From positions 5,254-69,253 of the forward strand of contig JAZSIF010000044.1 in the NCBI GenBank assembly GCA_045533675.1: DNA of 64,000 nucleotides, written 5' to 3'. Below are positions 54,297-63,730 of the stretch, piece by piece. Every line of letters begins with the position of its first letter. Position 1 is the first letter of the stretch. Origin of the DNA: Eubacteriales bacterium (lineage in GTDB: Bacteria; Bacillota; Clostridia; Oscillospirales; CAG-272). The notes under the pieces were generated by a model. The model was not told where the DNA came from. It saw only the letters and a list, made by a program, of their open reading frames with translations, and did no database searches. The position numbers were made by a program, and so were the translations under genes.

Positions 54297-56687
54297 ATGA
54301 AGATTACCGAAAAAACACTCTCGACCTTGGAATTTGATAAAATCCGAGCCATGCTGGCGGATGCCTGCCCGACGGCGGGCGCGGCGGAAATGGCTCTGCT
54401 TCTGGCTCCCGCCGAGTATATGGATCAAGTGAAAACGAGGCAGAGAAAGACTACCGATGCCCGTCGCCTGTACGACACCAAGGGATTGCCTCCCTTTGGC
54501 ACGGTTACCGACGTGGGGGATTCCTGTGAGCGCGCGCTTAAGGGAGCGACCCTGACGCCCCGTGAGCTTATGGACGCGGCGGCGCTTTTGCGCTCCTCCC
54601 GCTCGCTTCTCGATTATATCCGTGCCAACCGTCTCTTTGAGACGGCGTTGGATGAGATCTTCGAGCGGCTTCTGCCGAACCGCTATTTGGAGGACAGAAT
54701 CACCCGTTCGATCCTCTCTGAGGAGCTGATTTCCGACGAGGCAAGCTCCACGCTCGCCGATTTGCGGCGCAAAATCCGTGCCGCCAATGGACGGATCAAG
54801 GAGACCCTGGCACGGTATATCAGCGGCTCCTACTCCAAATATTTGCAGGAAAATATCGTGACCCAGCGTAACGGTCGTTACGTCATACCCGTCAAGGCGG
54901 AGTGCCGCGGCGACGTGAAGGGACTGATTCACGATACCTCCTCCTCGGGGGCAACGGTGTTTGTCGAGCCCATGGCGGTGGTGGAGGCAAACAATGAGCT
55001 TCGGATGTTAGAGTCCAAGGAAGCCCATGAGATCGAGCGAATTCTCTCGGAGCTTTCGGGAGAGGTGGCATCCATCGCGCCAAGCCTTTCTCTCAATTAT
55101 CGCAACGTGACCGAGCTTGCCTTTTTCTTCGGGTGTGCCGAGCTGTCGTCACGGATGCAGGCGGTGGAGCCGGAAATCACCGAGGAGCGGGTCTGCCGAC
55201 TGATCAGGGCAAGACACCCTCTCATTGATAAAAAGACCGTGGTGCCCATTACCGTGACCCTTGGAGGAGACTACGATACCCTCATCATTACGGGTCCCAA
55301 TACGGGAGGTAAGACGGTCACCTTAAAGACCCTTGGACTGTTTGCCGCCATGGCACAGGCGGGACTGCATCTGCCCGCTGAGGAGGGAACCTCTCTTTGC
55401 GTGTTTGAGAAAATTTTGGTGGATCTGGGAGACGAACAGAGCATAGAGCAGTCTCTCTCTACCTTCTCCTCCCATATGGTGAATATCGTCTCGGTGGTCG
55501 CCGAGCGGAACGAGAGGACCCTTGCGCTCTTCGACGAGCTGGGAGCGGGAACCGATCCCGTGGAGGGAGCGGGACTTGCGGTGGCGATCATTGAGGATAT
55601 GAGACGGGCGGGGGCTCTTTGCGCCGCCACCACCCACTATACCGAGCTGAAAACCTACGCCCTGGACACCGAGGGCGTGTGCAACGCCTCCTGCGAGTTT
55701 GACGTGGAGACCCTCCGTCCCACCTACCGCCTGATCATCGGAACCCCGGGTAAATCCAATGCCTTTGCCATTTCCGAAAAGCTGGGACTGCCCACACGGA
55801 TCATCGAGCGGGCAAAAGCCTCCATCAGCGAGGAAAATAAACGCCTTGACGCCATCCTCGGAGAGCTGGAGGCAAGCCGACTGCAGGCTGACCGCAACCG
55901 AGAGGAGGCAGAGCGGTTGCGCATCGAATACGAGCGTGCCCGTGCCGAGGGTGAGCGGGAGATCGCCCGTCGACTTGCCGATGCGGAGAAGGAGCTTGAG
56001 CGGGCAAGAGCGAAGGCGCGGAACATGGTAGAGAGCGCCAAGGCATCCTCCGACTATATCATGGAGCAGATGGACAAATTGCGTAAGGAAAAGGAATCCG
56101 AGCGGCTTTCCGAGGAGCTGGCAAAAGCTCGCAGGGACATTCGGGAGCATTTACGCAATCACAGCGATTCCTTTGACCCCGTGCGGGTCAAGAAGAACGA
56201 AAAGGGCTATGTGTTACCCCGCAAGCTGCGTAAGGGCGACGAGGTGCTGATTGTGTCGCTTGATCGTAAGGCGGTGCTCACGGAGGACCCTGACCGCTCG
56301 GGCAAGGTGACGGTGCAGGCGGGGATCATCAAGACCAAGGTAGCCATCACCGATCTTCAGCTTTTGGAGGAGGAAGAAACGACGGTCAGCGCGGGCGGCA
56401 AACAATCGGCGGCGAGCGGATACCGACTGTCGGTGTCCCGTGACTTCAAGGACGAGATTCACCTGCGGGGCATGACGGGCGACGAAGCCTGGGGACATGT
56501 GGATAAATACTTTGACGAGGCACAGCTGGCGGGATTTCATACCGTCCGACTGGTTCACGGAAAGGGAACGGGAGCCTTAAAGGCGGCGCTTTGGAGGTAT
56601 TTAAAGACCGACCGACGGGTGGCATCCTTCCGCCAGGGGCAGTTCGGAGAGGGAGACGGCGGTGTTACCGTGGTGGAGCTGAAATAA
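54297..56687 (+). CDS. mutS2: Endonuclease MutS2
   Basis: 796-aa ORF. GPNTGGKT Walker A, coiled-coil region and C-terminal Smr domain (LRGM..VRLVHGKGTGAL). Confidence 0.94.
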   Translation: MKITEKTLSTLEFDKIRAMLADACPTAGAAEMALLLAPAEYMDQVKTRQRKTTDARRLYDTKGLPPFGTVTDVGDSCERALKGATLTPRELMDAAALLRSSRSLLDYIRANRLFETALDEIFERLLPNRYLEDRITRSILSEELISDEASSTLADLRRKIRAANGRIKETLARYISGSYSKYLQENIVTQRNGRYVIPVKAECRGDVKGLIHDTSSSGATVFVEPMAVVEANNELRMLESKEAHEIERILSELSGEVASIAPSLSLNYRNVTELAFFFGCAELSSRMQAVEPEITEERVCRLIRARHPLIDKKTVVPITVTLGGDYDTLIITGPNTGGKTVTLKTLGLFAAMAQAGLHLPAEEGTSLCVFEKILVDLGDEQSIEQSLSTFSSHMVNIVSVVAERNERTLALFDELGAGTDPVEGAGLAVAIIEDMRRAGALCAATTHYTELKTYALDTEGVCNASCEFDVETLRPTYRLIIGTPGKSNAFAISEKLGLPTRIIERAKASISEENKRLDAILGELEASRLQADRNREEAERLRIEYERARAEGEREIARRLADAEKELERARAKARNMVESAKASSDYIMEQMDKLRKEKESERLSEELAKARRDIREHLRNHSDSFDPVRVKKNEKGYVLPRKLRKGDEVLIVSLDRKAVLTEDPDRSGKVTVQAGIIKTKVAITDLQLLEEEETTVSAGGKQSAASGYRLSVSRDFKDEIHLRGMTGDEAWGHVDKYFDEAQLAGFHTVRLVHGKGTGALKAALWRYLKTDRRVASFRQGQFGEGDGGVTVVELK

Positions 56688-56793
56688 GAAGCTCTTTGTC
56701 GATCAAGTTTGCCAATCGGGAACGGAAAAGGCTTTCCCTTATTTATGCATTCTTCCGTTTCGACAAAAAAGAACGAATTTTTTGAAAAACGGC

Positions 56794-56822
56794 TTGCCAC
56801 GGCGACAAATCTATGCTATAAT
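56794..56822 (+). promoter_or_regulatory. Sigma-70-type promoter for prs (TTGCCA-17-TATAAT)
   Basis: TTGCCA at 56794-56799 and TATAAT at 56817-56822. Confidence 0.6.
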
Positions 56823-56892
56823 ATGGACGGAGATATGTGGACGGCAGAATGCCGCCCTGTCGGACAATTCAATAAAAATGTCGGAGGGTTTT

Positions 56893-58041
56893 ATGAAGGA
56901 AACACAAAACGGTGAGTTGAGCGTTATTGGGATGCGAGGCTGCGAGGAATTCGCGGCACAGGTTGACTACTACCTGAAGGAATGGCGCCGACACGGAGGC
57001 GAGGATTCGTTTATCGTGAAGGCGGATTGTCCCCGTTTTGGTACGGGTGAGGCGAAGGCGCTTCTCCACCAGTCCATGCGAGGACACGACGTGTATATCA
57101 TCTGCGATACGTTCAACTACGGCGTGACCTACAAGATGTACGGCAAAGAGGTTCCCATGAGCCCCGACGATCACTACGCTGACCTGAAGCGTATTATCGG
57201 TGCCATTGCGGGCAAGGCGAAGAGAATTACCGTGATCATGCCCATGCTCTATGAGGGCAGACAGCATAAGCGCTCCAGCCGCGAGTCCTTGGACTGTGCC
57301 TATATGCTCCAGGAGCTGGTGGCAATGGGTGTTTCCAACATTATTACCTTTGACGCCCACGACCCCCGTGTGCAGAACGCCATCCCCCTCTCGGGCTTTG
57401 ACGACGTAAAGCCCACCTACCAGATGATCAAGGCGCTGGTGAAGCACGTGCCCGACATACATCTGGATAAGGAGTCTATGATGATCATTTCTCCCGACGA
57501 GGGCGCCATGAATCGCTGTATGTACTTCTCCTCGGTGCTGGGTGTGGATATCGGTATGTTCTACAAGCGCCGCAACTACTCCATCATCGTCAACGGCAGA
57601 AACCCCATCGAGGCACACGAGTACCTCGGTCAGGATCTGACGGGTAAGGATGCCATCATTGTTGACGATATGATCTCCTCGGGAGAATCCCTGATTGACG
57701 TGGCGTTGCAGCTGAAGGACAAGGGTGCCAAGAGAATTTTCGCCTTTACCACCTTCGGTCTCTTTACCGATGGCTTGGACAAGTTTGATAAGGCACACGC
57801 GGACGGTGTATTCGATAAGATCTTTACCACCAACCTGGTATACCGCCGTCCCGAGCTCTACACCAGAGACTGGTACGTAGAGGTCAATATGTGCAAGTAC
57901 GTGTCCTACATCATCGACACCCTGAACCATGACGAGACCATCAGCGAGCTTCTGAATCCCGTCAAGCGCATCCACGCTTTGATGGAGAGACATAAGAAGA
58001 CCCAGAGCGAGCAGCTGAAGATCGACTTCGACCGCAAGTAA
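56893..58041 (+). CDS. prs: Ribose-phosphate pyrophosphokinase (long, about 380-aa form)
   Basis: ORF track 56782..58041. GGAGGG RBS before ATG 56893. PRPP-binding loop AIIVDDMISSGES. Confidence 0.85.
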   Translation: MKETQNGELSVIGMRGCEEFAAQVDYYLKEWRRHGGEDSFIVKADCPRFGTGEAKALLHQSMRGHDVYIICDTFNYGVTYKMYGKEVPMSPDDHYADLKRIIGAIAGKAKRITVIMPMLYEGRQHKRSSRESLDCAYMLQELVAMGVSNIITFDAHDPRVQNAIPLSGFDDVKPTYQMIKALVKHVPDIHLDKESMMIISPDEGAMNRCMYFSSVLGVDIGMFYKRRNYSIIVNGRNPIEAHEYLGQDLTGKDAIIVDDMISSGESLIDVALQLKDKGAKRIFAFTTFGLFTDGLDKFDKAHADGVFDKIFTTNLVYRRPELYTRDWYVEVNMCKYVSYIIDTLNHDETISELLNPVKRIHALMERHKKTQSEQLKIDFDRK

Positions 58042-58054
58042 TTGAATCACCCAA

Positions 58055-58086
58055 AGGAGCAGAGCAAGCGTTCTGCTCCTTTTTTG
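58055..58086 (+). terminator. Rho-independent terminator after prs
   Basis: AGGAGCAGA (58055-58063) pairs with TCTGCTCCT (58072-58080), followed by T5. Confidence 0.85.
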
Positions 58087-58181
58087 TTCCCCTCAAAAAT
58101 ATAAAATTTTCTTTTGATGGGCGGAGCCAACCTCGGAGAGCGTGTGGGCGGCGCCGTCGGAGAAAGCGGAGCAAAGCGAAT

Positions 58182-58280
58182 ATCATTATCATTCCCATTC
58201 CCATTATCATTACCATTATCATTATCATTATCATTATCATTTTCATTTTCATTATCATTACCATTATCATTATCATTATC
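58182..58280. repeat. Imperfect hexanucleotide microsatellite (NNCATT) x 16.5
   Basis: Unit series: ATCATT ATCATT CCCATT CCCATT ATCATT ACCATT ATCATT x4 TTCATT x2 ATCATT ACCATT ATCATT x2 ATC. Confidence 0.95.
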
Positions 58281-58595
58281 GGCTTTTTTGGGTTCTTGGG
58301 TTTTAAAATTTTGCCGTTTTTAAGGAGAAAATCCCCCCCTTTTTTTCTCTCAAAAAATGGCGGTATATCAAGCTTTTTCAAGCTTCTTGGTTTTTCGGCT
58401 CGAGAAGAAAACCCATTGGGTTATTGGGTTTTCAGCCCCCCAAAATCCCTGTGCTTTCTTACACCCATATTATACCACGAAAAAAGTCTCAAACCGTCTC
58501 AGTTAGTCTCACCTTATCTCAATGATTGAGAAAAAATTTAAGCGAGAAAAACCTCTTCTTCAACGAACGAATTTCTAAAAAAATCCCACATGCCC

Positions 58596-58624
58596 TTGAC
58601 AAGCATTTTGAAATGTGATACAAT
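58596..58624 (+). promoter_or_regulatory. Sigma-70-type promoter for the TetR/ABC operon (TTGACA-17-TACAAT with TGn)
   Basis: TTGACA at 58596-58601 and TGA-TACAAT at 58616-58624. Confidence 0.65.
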
Positions 58625-58628
58625 ACAC

Positions 58629-58651
58629 CTGTAATATAACACATGTTACAG
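58629..58651. promoter_or_regulatory. Candidate TetR operator (inverted repeat CTGTAA-N11-TTACAG)
   Basis: Inverted hexamers at 58629-58634 and 58646-58651, just downstream of the -10 element. Confidence 0.3.
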
Positions 58652-58664
58652 AAAGGAGGGCTTT

Positions 58665-59228
58665 ATGCCGCCCAAGGTTAAATATACCAAAGAGGAGATT
58701 GCGGACGTGGGCTTTTCCATGGTGCGAAAGCACGGGGAGGAGATTCTCACCGCTCGCCACCTTGCCGCTGAGCTTGGCACGTCCACCGCTCCGATTTTCA
58801 CCGCCTTTTCGGGGATCGAGGAGCTTCATGCCGCCGTCGTCGAACGGGCAAAGGAATGCTACCGCCGATATGCCGAGGCGGGCATGGAAATGGACCCGCC
58901 CTTCAAGGGCTGCGGTCTGCAATACATCCGCTTTGCCAAGGAGGAGCCCATGCTCTTTCGGATGCTTTTTATGCGATCAAGCGGGGAGGGGCACTCTCCC
59001 ACCCATTATTTTCCCGCCGAATACGAGCAGGAGTCGGAGGTGCGAGAAACCGTCAAAGCCTACGAAGCCGACGATGAGCGGGCGAAGAAGATCTATAACC
59101 ACCTGTCGGTCTATGCCCACGGCTTGGCAACGCTTTATGCCCAAGGGCAAAGTACCTTTACCGACGGGGACGTGAGCCGCATGCTCAGCGAGGTGTTCGG
59201 CGCGTTGATGAGAGGAGAAAAAGTATGA
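58665..59228 (+). CDS. TetR/AcrR-family transcriptional regulator
   Basis: 187-aa ORF with AAAGGAGGG RBS. N-terminal HTH (TARHLAAELGTSTAPIF). Confidence 0.88.
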   Translation: MPPKVKYTKEEIADVGFSMVRKHGEEILTARHLAAELGTSTAPIFTAFSGIEELHAAVVERAKECYRRYAEAGMEMDPPFKGCGLQYIRFAKEEPMLFRMLFMRSSGEGHSPTHYFPAEYEQESEVRETVKAYEADDERAKKIYNHLSVYAHGLATLYAQGQSTFTDGDVSRMLSEVFGALMRGEKV

Positions 59229-60139
59229 AAAATATCATTGAGATCGAAGGACTTTCCAAATCCTTCGGAGAGATCCGTGCCGTCCGTGACCTTTCTTTTT
59301 CCGTGCGGGAGGGGGAACTCTTTGCCTTTCTCGGAGAGAACGGGGCGGGCAAATCCACCACCATTCATATCCTTTGCGGACAGCTCCCGAAGGATGGGGG
59401 ACGGGTGCGCATCGATGGATGTGACATCGACAAGGAAGGGGATCGGGTCAAGGGAAGCCTTGGCGTGGTGTTCCAAAATTCGCTTCTTGACCGCGCGCTG
59501 ACGGTCAAGGATAATCTTCTCTGCCGCGGGGCGCTCTACGGACTCCACGGCGAGGCGCTGCGCGGGCGCGTTGCCGAGCTTGCGAAGCTTCTTGATTTTG
59601 AGGACCTGCTTGGACGGACCGTAGGAAAGCTCTCGGGAGGACAGAGACGGCGCATTGATATTGCCCGCGCGCTCATTCATGCCCCGAGGCTCCTCATTCT
59701 CGACGAGCCCACCACGGGACTGGATCCCCAAACGAGACGGCTTCTTTGGGACGTGGTGGAGAAGCTTCGGAAAAAGGAGGGGATGACCGTCTTTCTGACC
59801 ACCCACTATATGGAGGAAGCCGCGGAGGCGGACTACGTCATCATCCTGGACGGCGGTCAGATCGCCGCCAAGGGCTCTCCCCTTGCCTTGAAGAATCAAT
59901 ATACGGGGGATCGCGTCTCTCTCTACGGGGTCACCGAGGAGCAGGTAAAGATGCTGGGTATCCCCTACGAAGCCATTCGGGACGGCTTCCGCCTGACTGT
60001 GGAGAATACCCGTGTCGCTACCGAGCTGATCCTGAAAAATCCCGACCTTTTCCTTGACTATGAGATCGTCAAGGGCAAGATGGACGACGTCTTTTTGGCG
60101 GTTACGGGCAAGAAGCTGACGGGAGGGGAAGACAAATGA
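59225..60139 (+). CDS. ABC transporter ATP-binding protein
   Basis: 304-aa ORF with GENGAGKST Walker A, LSGGQRRR signature and LILDEPT Walker B. Confidence 0.93.
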   Translation: MKNIIEIEGLSKSFGEIRAVRDLSFSVREGELFAFLGENGAGKSTTIHILCGQLPKDGGRVRIDGCDIDKEGDRVKGSLGVVFQNSLLDRALTVKDNLLCRGALYGLHGEALRGRVAELAKLLDFEDLLGRTVGKLSGGQRRRIDIARALIHAPRLLILDEPTTGLDPQTRRLLWDVVEKLRKKEGMTVFLTTHYMEEAAEADYVIILDGGQIAAKGSPLALKNQYTGDRVSLYGVTEEQVKMLGIPYEAIRDGFRLTVENTRVATELILKNPDLFLDYEIVKGKMDDVFLAVTGKKLTGGEDK

Positions 60140-61032
60140 GTATATTGCGTGCCTTGATCAAACGAAATATTAAGCTGTTTTTTAAGGATAAGGGACTCTT
60201 TTTCACGTCGCTGATTACGCCTATGATTCTTTTGGTGCTGTATGCCACCTTCCTCGGGAACGTGTACAGGGATAGCCTTTTGATGACCCTGCCCGCGGGG
60301 CTCAGTCTTTCCGAGGGGGTGATTGACGGCTACGTGGGCGGTCAGCTCATTTCCTCAATCTTAGCGGTCTCCTGCGTGACGGTGGCGTTCTGCTCCAATA
60401 TGCTGATGGTGCAGGACCGAGCAAACGGCACGGTAAAGGATTTGACCGTGTCCCCCGTCAAGCCGAATGTACTCGCCGTCAGCTATTATGTCACTACCCT
60501 CGTCTCTACCTTGATCATCTGCCTTTCCGCCACGGTCATTTGTCTTTTCTACGTATCCCTGATCGGTTGGTATCTGACTCTTGGGGACGTGCTTCTATTG
60601 GTCCTTGACGTGGTTCTTCTGGTGATGTTCGGAACAGCGCTTTCCAGTTTCGTCAACTTTTTCCTGTCCACCCAGGGGCAGATCTCGGCGGTTGGCTCGA
60701 TCATCAGCTCGGTGTATGGCTTTATCTGCGGCGCCTACATGCCCATCTCCCAGTTTCCCGAGGGACTGCAAAAGGTACTCTCCTTCCTGCCGGGTACCTA
60801 TGCCACCTCGCTTATGCGAGAGCACGCTCTGGACGGTGTGTTCTCGGTTATGGGAGAGGAAGGACTGCCCCATGAGGCGGTGCGGGCGATTCGGGAGACG
60901 GTGGACTGTGAGATCTTTTTCTTTGATTCGCCCGTGCCTACGGGGGTCAAATACGCGGTGCTCTGTGGGACGGTGGTACTCCTTGTGGCGGGGTATGTTC
61001 TTCTGCACACGTTTTCTCGAAAAAAACGGTAA
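60136..61032 (+). CDS. ABC-2-type transporter permease
   Basis: 298-aa ORF with 6 TM segments, overlapping the ATPase stop. Confidence 0.85.
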   Translation: MSILRALIKRNIKLFFKDKGLFFTSLITPMILLVLYATFLGNVYRDSLLMTLPAGLSLSEGVIDGYVGGQLISSILAVSCVTVAFCSNMLMVQDRANGTVKDLTVSPVKPNVLAVSYYVTTLVSTLIICLSATVICLFYVSLIGWYLTLGDVLLLVLDVVLLVMFGTALSSFVNFFLSTQGQISAVGSIISSVYGFICGAYMPISQFPEGLQKVLSFLPGTYATSLMREHALDGVFSVMGEEGLPHEAVRAIRETVDCEIFFFDSPVPTGVKYAVLCGTVVLLVAGYVLLHTFSRKKR

Positions 61033-61049
61033 ATTCCAGGGATTTTTAC

Positions 61050-61078
61050 TTGAATATCGGGACAAAATGTGATATAAT
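61050..61078 (+). promoter_or_regulatory. Sigma-70-type promoter for fprA (TTGAAT-17-TATAAT with TGn)
   Basis: TTGAAT at 61050-61055 and TGA-TATAAT at 61070-61078. Confidence 0.6.
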
Positions 61079-61107
61079 TGAAAAAAAGTCTCAGAAAGGA
61101 CATACCT

Positions 61108-62262
61108 ATGATTACAAAGGATATTCGATATATCGGAGTCAACGACCGCGCCATAGATTTGTTTGAGGGGCAGTATATCGTGCCGAATGGCATGGCATAT
61201 AATTCTTACGTGATTCTCGACGAGAGGATCGCCGTCATGGACACAGTGGATGCCCGCTTCGGAGAGGAGTGGATCGCCAACCTGAAAAAAGAGATTGGCG
61301 ACCGTACCCCCGACTACCTGATCGTACAGCACATGGAGCCCGATCACTCCTCGAGCATTGCCCGCTTTATGGAGGAATACCCTCGGGCGGTGGTGGTGTC
61401 CGGCGACAAATCCTTCCCCATGATGAAGCAGTTCTTTGGGGATGACTTTCCCGCTCGCCGAATGGCGATCAAGGACGGAGATACGCTCTCTCTCGGTACC
61501 CACGCGCTGACCTTTGTCGCCGCGCCCATGGTTCACTGGCCCGAGGTCATGGTGACCTACGATGCCACCGATAAGGTGCTCTTCTCGGCAGACGGCTTCG
61601 GAAAATTCGGCGCGTTGGACGTGGAAGAGGACTGGGCGTGCGAGGCAAGACGCTATTATTTCGGCATCGTCGGAAAGTACGGAGCGCAGGTACAAAAGCT
61701 GCTCGCCCGCGCGTCGGCGCTGGATATTCGGATCATTTGTCCCCTGCACGGTCCCGTGCTGACCGAGAATCTCGGCTATTACATAGACCTGTACAATACC
61801 TGGTCGAGCTACGGCGTGGAATCCGAGGGCATCGTGATTGCTTACACCTCGGTGTACGGCAATACGAAAAAGGCAGTGGAGCTTCTCCGTGATGAGCTTG
61901 TACGCTTGGGATGCCCCAAGGTCGTGGTGAACGACCTTGCCAGGTGTGATCGTGCCGAGGCGGTAGAGGATGCGTTCCGCTACGGAACGTTGGTGCTTGC
62001 CACCACCACCTACAACGGCGACATTTTCCCCTTTATGAGGGACTTCCTTCATGAGCTGACCGAGCGATTCTATCAGAAGAAGCGGATCGCCCTTGTGGAA
62101 AACGGGACCTGGACACCCGTGGCGGCGAAGAAGATGCGGGGCATGCTGGAGGGAGGCAAGGAGCTGACCTTCTTGGAGCCCGTGATAACGCTTCGTTCGG
62201 GGCTTTCCGACGAGAACCGTAAAAGGATCACCGAGCTTGCCGCCGCGCTTTTAGCGGAATAA
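61108..62262 (+). CDS. FprA-family A-type flavoprotein (flavodiiron O2/NO reductase)
   Basis: ORF track 61078..62262. AAAGGA RBS before ATG 61108. Metallo-beta-lactamase-like di-iron motif (HMEPDHSS) plus a C-terminal flavodoxin-like domain. Confidence 0.9.
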   Translation: MITKDIRYIGVNDRAIDLFEGQYIVPNGMAYNSYVILDERIAVMDTVDARFGEEWIANLKKEIGDRTPDYLIVQHMEPDHSSSIARFMEEYPRAVVVSGDKSFPMMKQFFGDDFPARRMAIKDGDTLSLGTHALTFVAAPMVHWPEVMVTYDATDKVLFSADGFGKFGALDVEEDWACEARRYYFGIVGKYGAQVQKLLARASALDIRIICPLHGPVLTENLGYYIDLYNTWSSYGVESEGIVIAYTSVYGNTKKAVELLRDELVRLGCPKVVVNDLARCDRAEAVEDAFRYGTLVLATTTYNGDIFPFMRDFLHELTERFYQKKRIALVENGTWTPVAAKKMRGMLEGGKELTFLEPVITLRSGLSDENRKRITELAAALLAE

Positions 62263-62310
62263 TTGAAGGCGAAACAAAAAATAATAAAGACATGTAGGGA
62301 GGATTTTATC

Positions 62311-62466
62311 ATGAAATATGTATGTGGAGTTTGCGGATACGAATACGACGAGGCAGCGGGCGCGCCTGACGCGGGCATTGCCGCAGGAACCAAGTGGGAG
62401 GACGTTCCCGAGGATTTCGTGTGCCCCCTGTGCGGTGTTGGCAAGGAAGAATTTTCCGCCGAATAA
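62311..62466 (+). CDS. Rubredoxin
   Basis: ORF track 62263..62466. GGGAGG RBS before ATG 62311. CGVCG..CPLCG iron ligands. Confidence 0.93.
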   Translation: MKYVCGVCGYEYDEAAGAPDAGIAAGTKWEDVPEDFVCPLCGVGKEEFSAE

Positions 62467-62490
62467 GTTTAGTGAAAAGGAGGACGCGAT

Positions 62491-62799
62491 ATGTCCATCG
62501 TTCATGTTAAAGAAGCGAATTTTGAAGAAGAGGTCTTGAAGAGTGACAAGACCGTGCTGTTGGATTTCTATGCCGACTGGTGCGGGCCCTGCCGCATGAT
62601 CGCCCCCATTTTGGAGGAGATCGCCCGTGAGCATGAGGAATATAAGATCTGCAAGGTCAACGTGGACGAAGAGCCCGCCTTGGCGATGAGATACGAGGTC
62701 ATGAGCATTCCCACGCTCTTTGTTTTGAAGAACGGAGAGGTGGTTGCGACCTCCATGGGCGCGAAGCCCAAGGCGCAGATTCTTTCGATGCTTGCTTAA
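62491..62799 (+). CDS. trxA: Thioredoxin
   Basis: 102-aa ORF with WCGPC active site. Confidence 0.95.
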   Translation: MSIVHVKEANFEEEVLKSDKTVLLDFYADWCGPCRMIAPILEEIAREHEEYKICKVNVDEEPALAMRYEVMSIPTLFVLKNGEVVATSMGAKPKAQILSMLA

Positions 62800-62812
62800 C
62801 TGAGGAAAGACC

Positions 62813-63727
62813 ATGGAAAAAATCTATGACGTTGTGATCGTAGGCGGAGGGCCGGCGGGATATACCGCCGCCCTCTATTCCGCAAGGGCGGGATTGTCCG
62901 CGCTGGTGCTTGAGAAATTTTCGGCAGGGGGGCAGATGACCGAGACGCCCATGATCGAAAATTACCCCGGTTTTTCCGAGGGCATCGACGGCTTTACTCT
63001 CGGTGACCGCATGAAAAACGGTGCCGAGCGCTTCGGGGCGGAAACGAGACAGACCGAGGTGCTGTCACTGTCTCTCGCGGAAACTCCGAAGAAGATCGTA
63101 ACCGATAGCGGCGAGATTTTCGCGAGGACGGTAATCTTGGCGACGGGAGCGGTACATCGGCATTTGGGAATCGAGCATGAGCAGGAGTTGATTGGCAGAG
63201 GTGTGGGCTACTGCGCCGCCTGTGACGGCATGCTTTACCGAGGCAAGACGGTCGCGGTGGTTGGCGGCGGAAATTCCGCCGTGTCGGATGCCCTGCTTCT
63301 GTCGAAGATCTGCCAAAAGATCTATCTCATCCACCGCCGTGACACCCTGCGGGCGACCAAGGTGTATCATGATCCCCTCATGAGAGCCGAGAACGTGGAA
63401 TTCCTGTGGGATAGTCGGGTATCCGAGCTTCTCTATGACAGGAAGCTGACGGGAGTCCGTATCGAGAATCTGAAGAGCGGGGAAGTGAGCGAGCTTTCTT
63501 TGGATGGGTTATTTATCAGCATCGGACGCTCGCCCGCCACCGAGCTGGTGGCAGGACAGGTGGAGCTGGATCCCTTTGGCTACATTCTCGCCGACGAGTC
63601 CACAAAGACCAATCTTCCCGGAGTGTTCGCCGCGGGCGACGTGCGGGGAAAGGCGCTTCGCCAGATCGTGACCGCCGTATCGGACGGTGCCACCGCCGCT
63701 CATTTTGCGGAGGAATATTTGGTGTAG
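62813..63727 (+). CDS. trxB: Thioredoxin-disulfide reductase
   Basis: 304-aa ORF with GGGPAG FAD motif, CAACDG redox centre, GGGNSA and HRRDTLRA NADPH motifs. Confidence 0.94.
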   Translation: MEKIYDVVIVGGGPAGYTAALYSARAGLSALVLEKFSAGGQMTETPMIENYPGFSEGIDGFTLGDRMKNGAERFGAETRQTEVLSLSLAETPKKIVTDSGEIFARTVILATGAVHRHLGIEHEQELIGRGVGYCAACDGMLYRGKTVAVVGGGNSAVSDALLLSKICQKIYLIHRRDTLRATKVYHDPLMRAENVEFLWDSRVSELLYDRKLTGVRIENLKSGEVSELSLDGLFISIGRSPATELVAGQVELDPFGYILADESTKTNLPGVFAAGDVRGKALRQIVTAVSDGATAAHFAEEYLV

Positions 63728-63730
63728 TCG

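Noticed and set aside
56823-56892. Possible riboswitch or leader structure in the 70-nt prs 5' UTR (repeated TGTCGGA, GGCAGAATGCC hairpin)
   Set aside because: It is too short and weakly paired. I cannot match it to any riboswitch class from sequence alone, so it is left uncalled.
58182-58280. Possible CRISPR array
   Set aside because: The units are 6 bp with no spacers, and no cas genes or leader are present. It is a microsatellite, not a CRISPR.
57962-58381. 139-aa ORF reading MIMIMVMIMKMKMIMIM...
   Set aside because: It is merely the translation of the hexanucleotide microsatellite on the minus strand. It has no RBS and no plausible fold.
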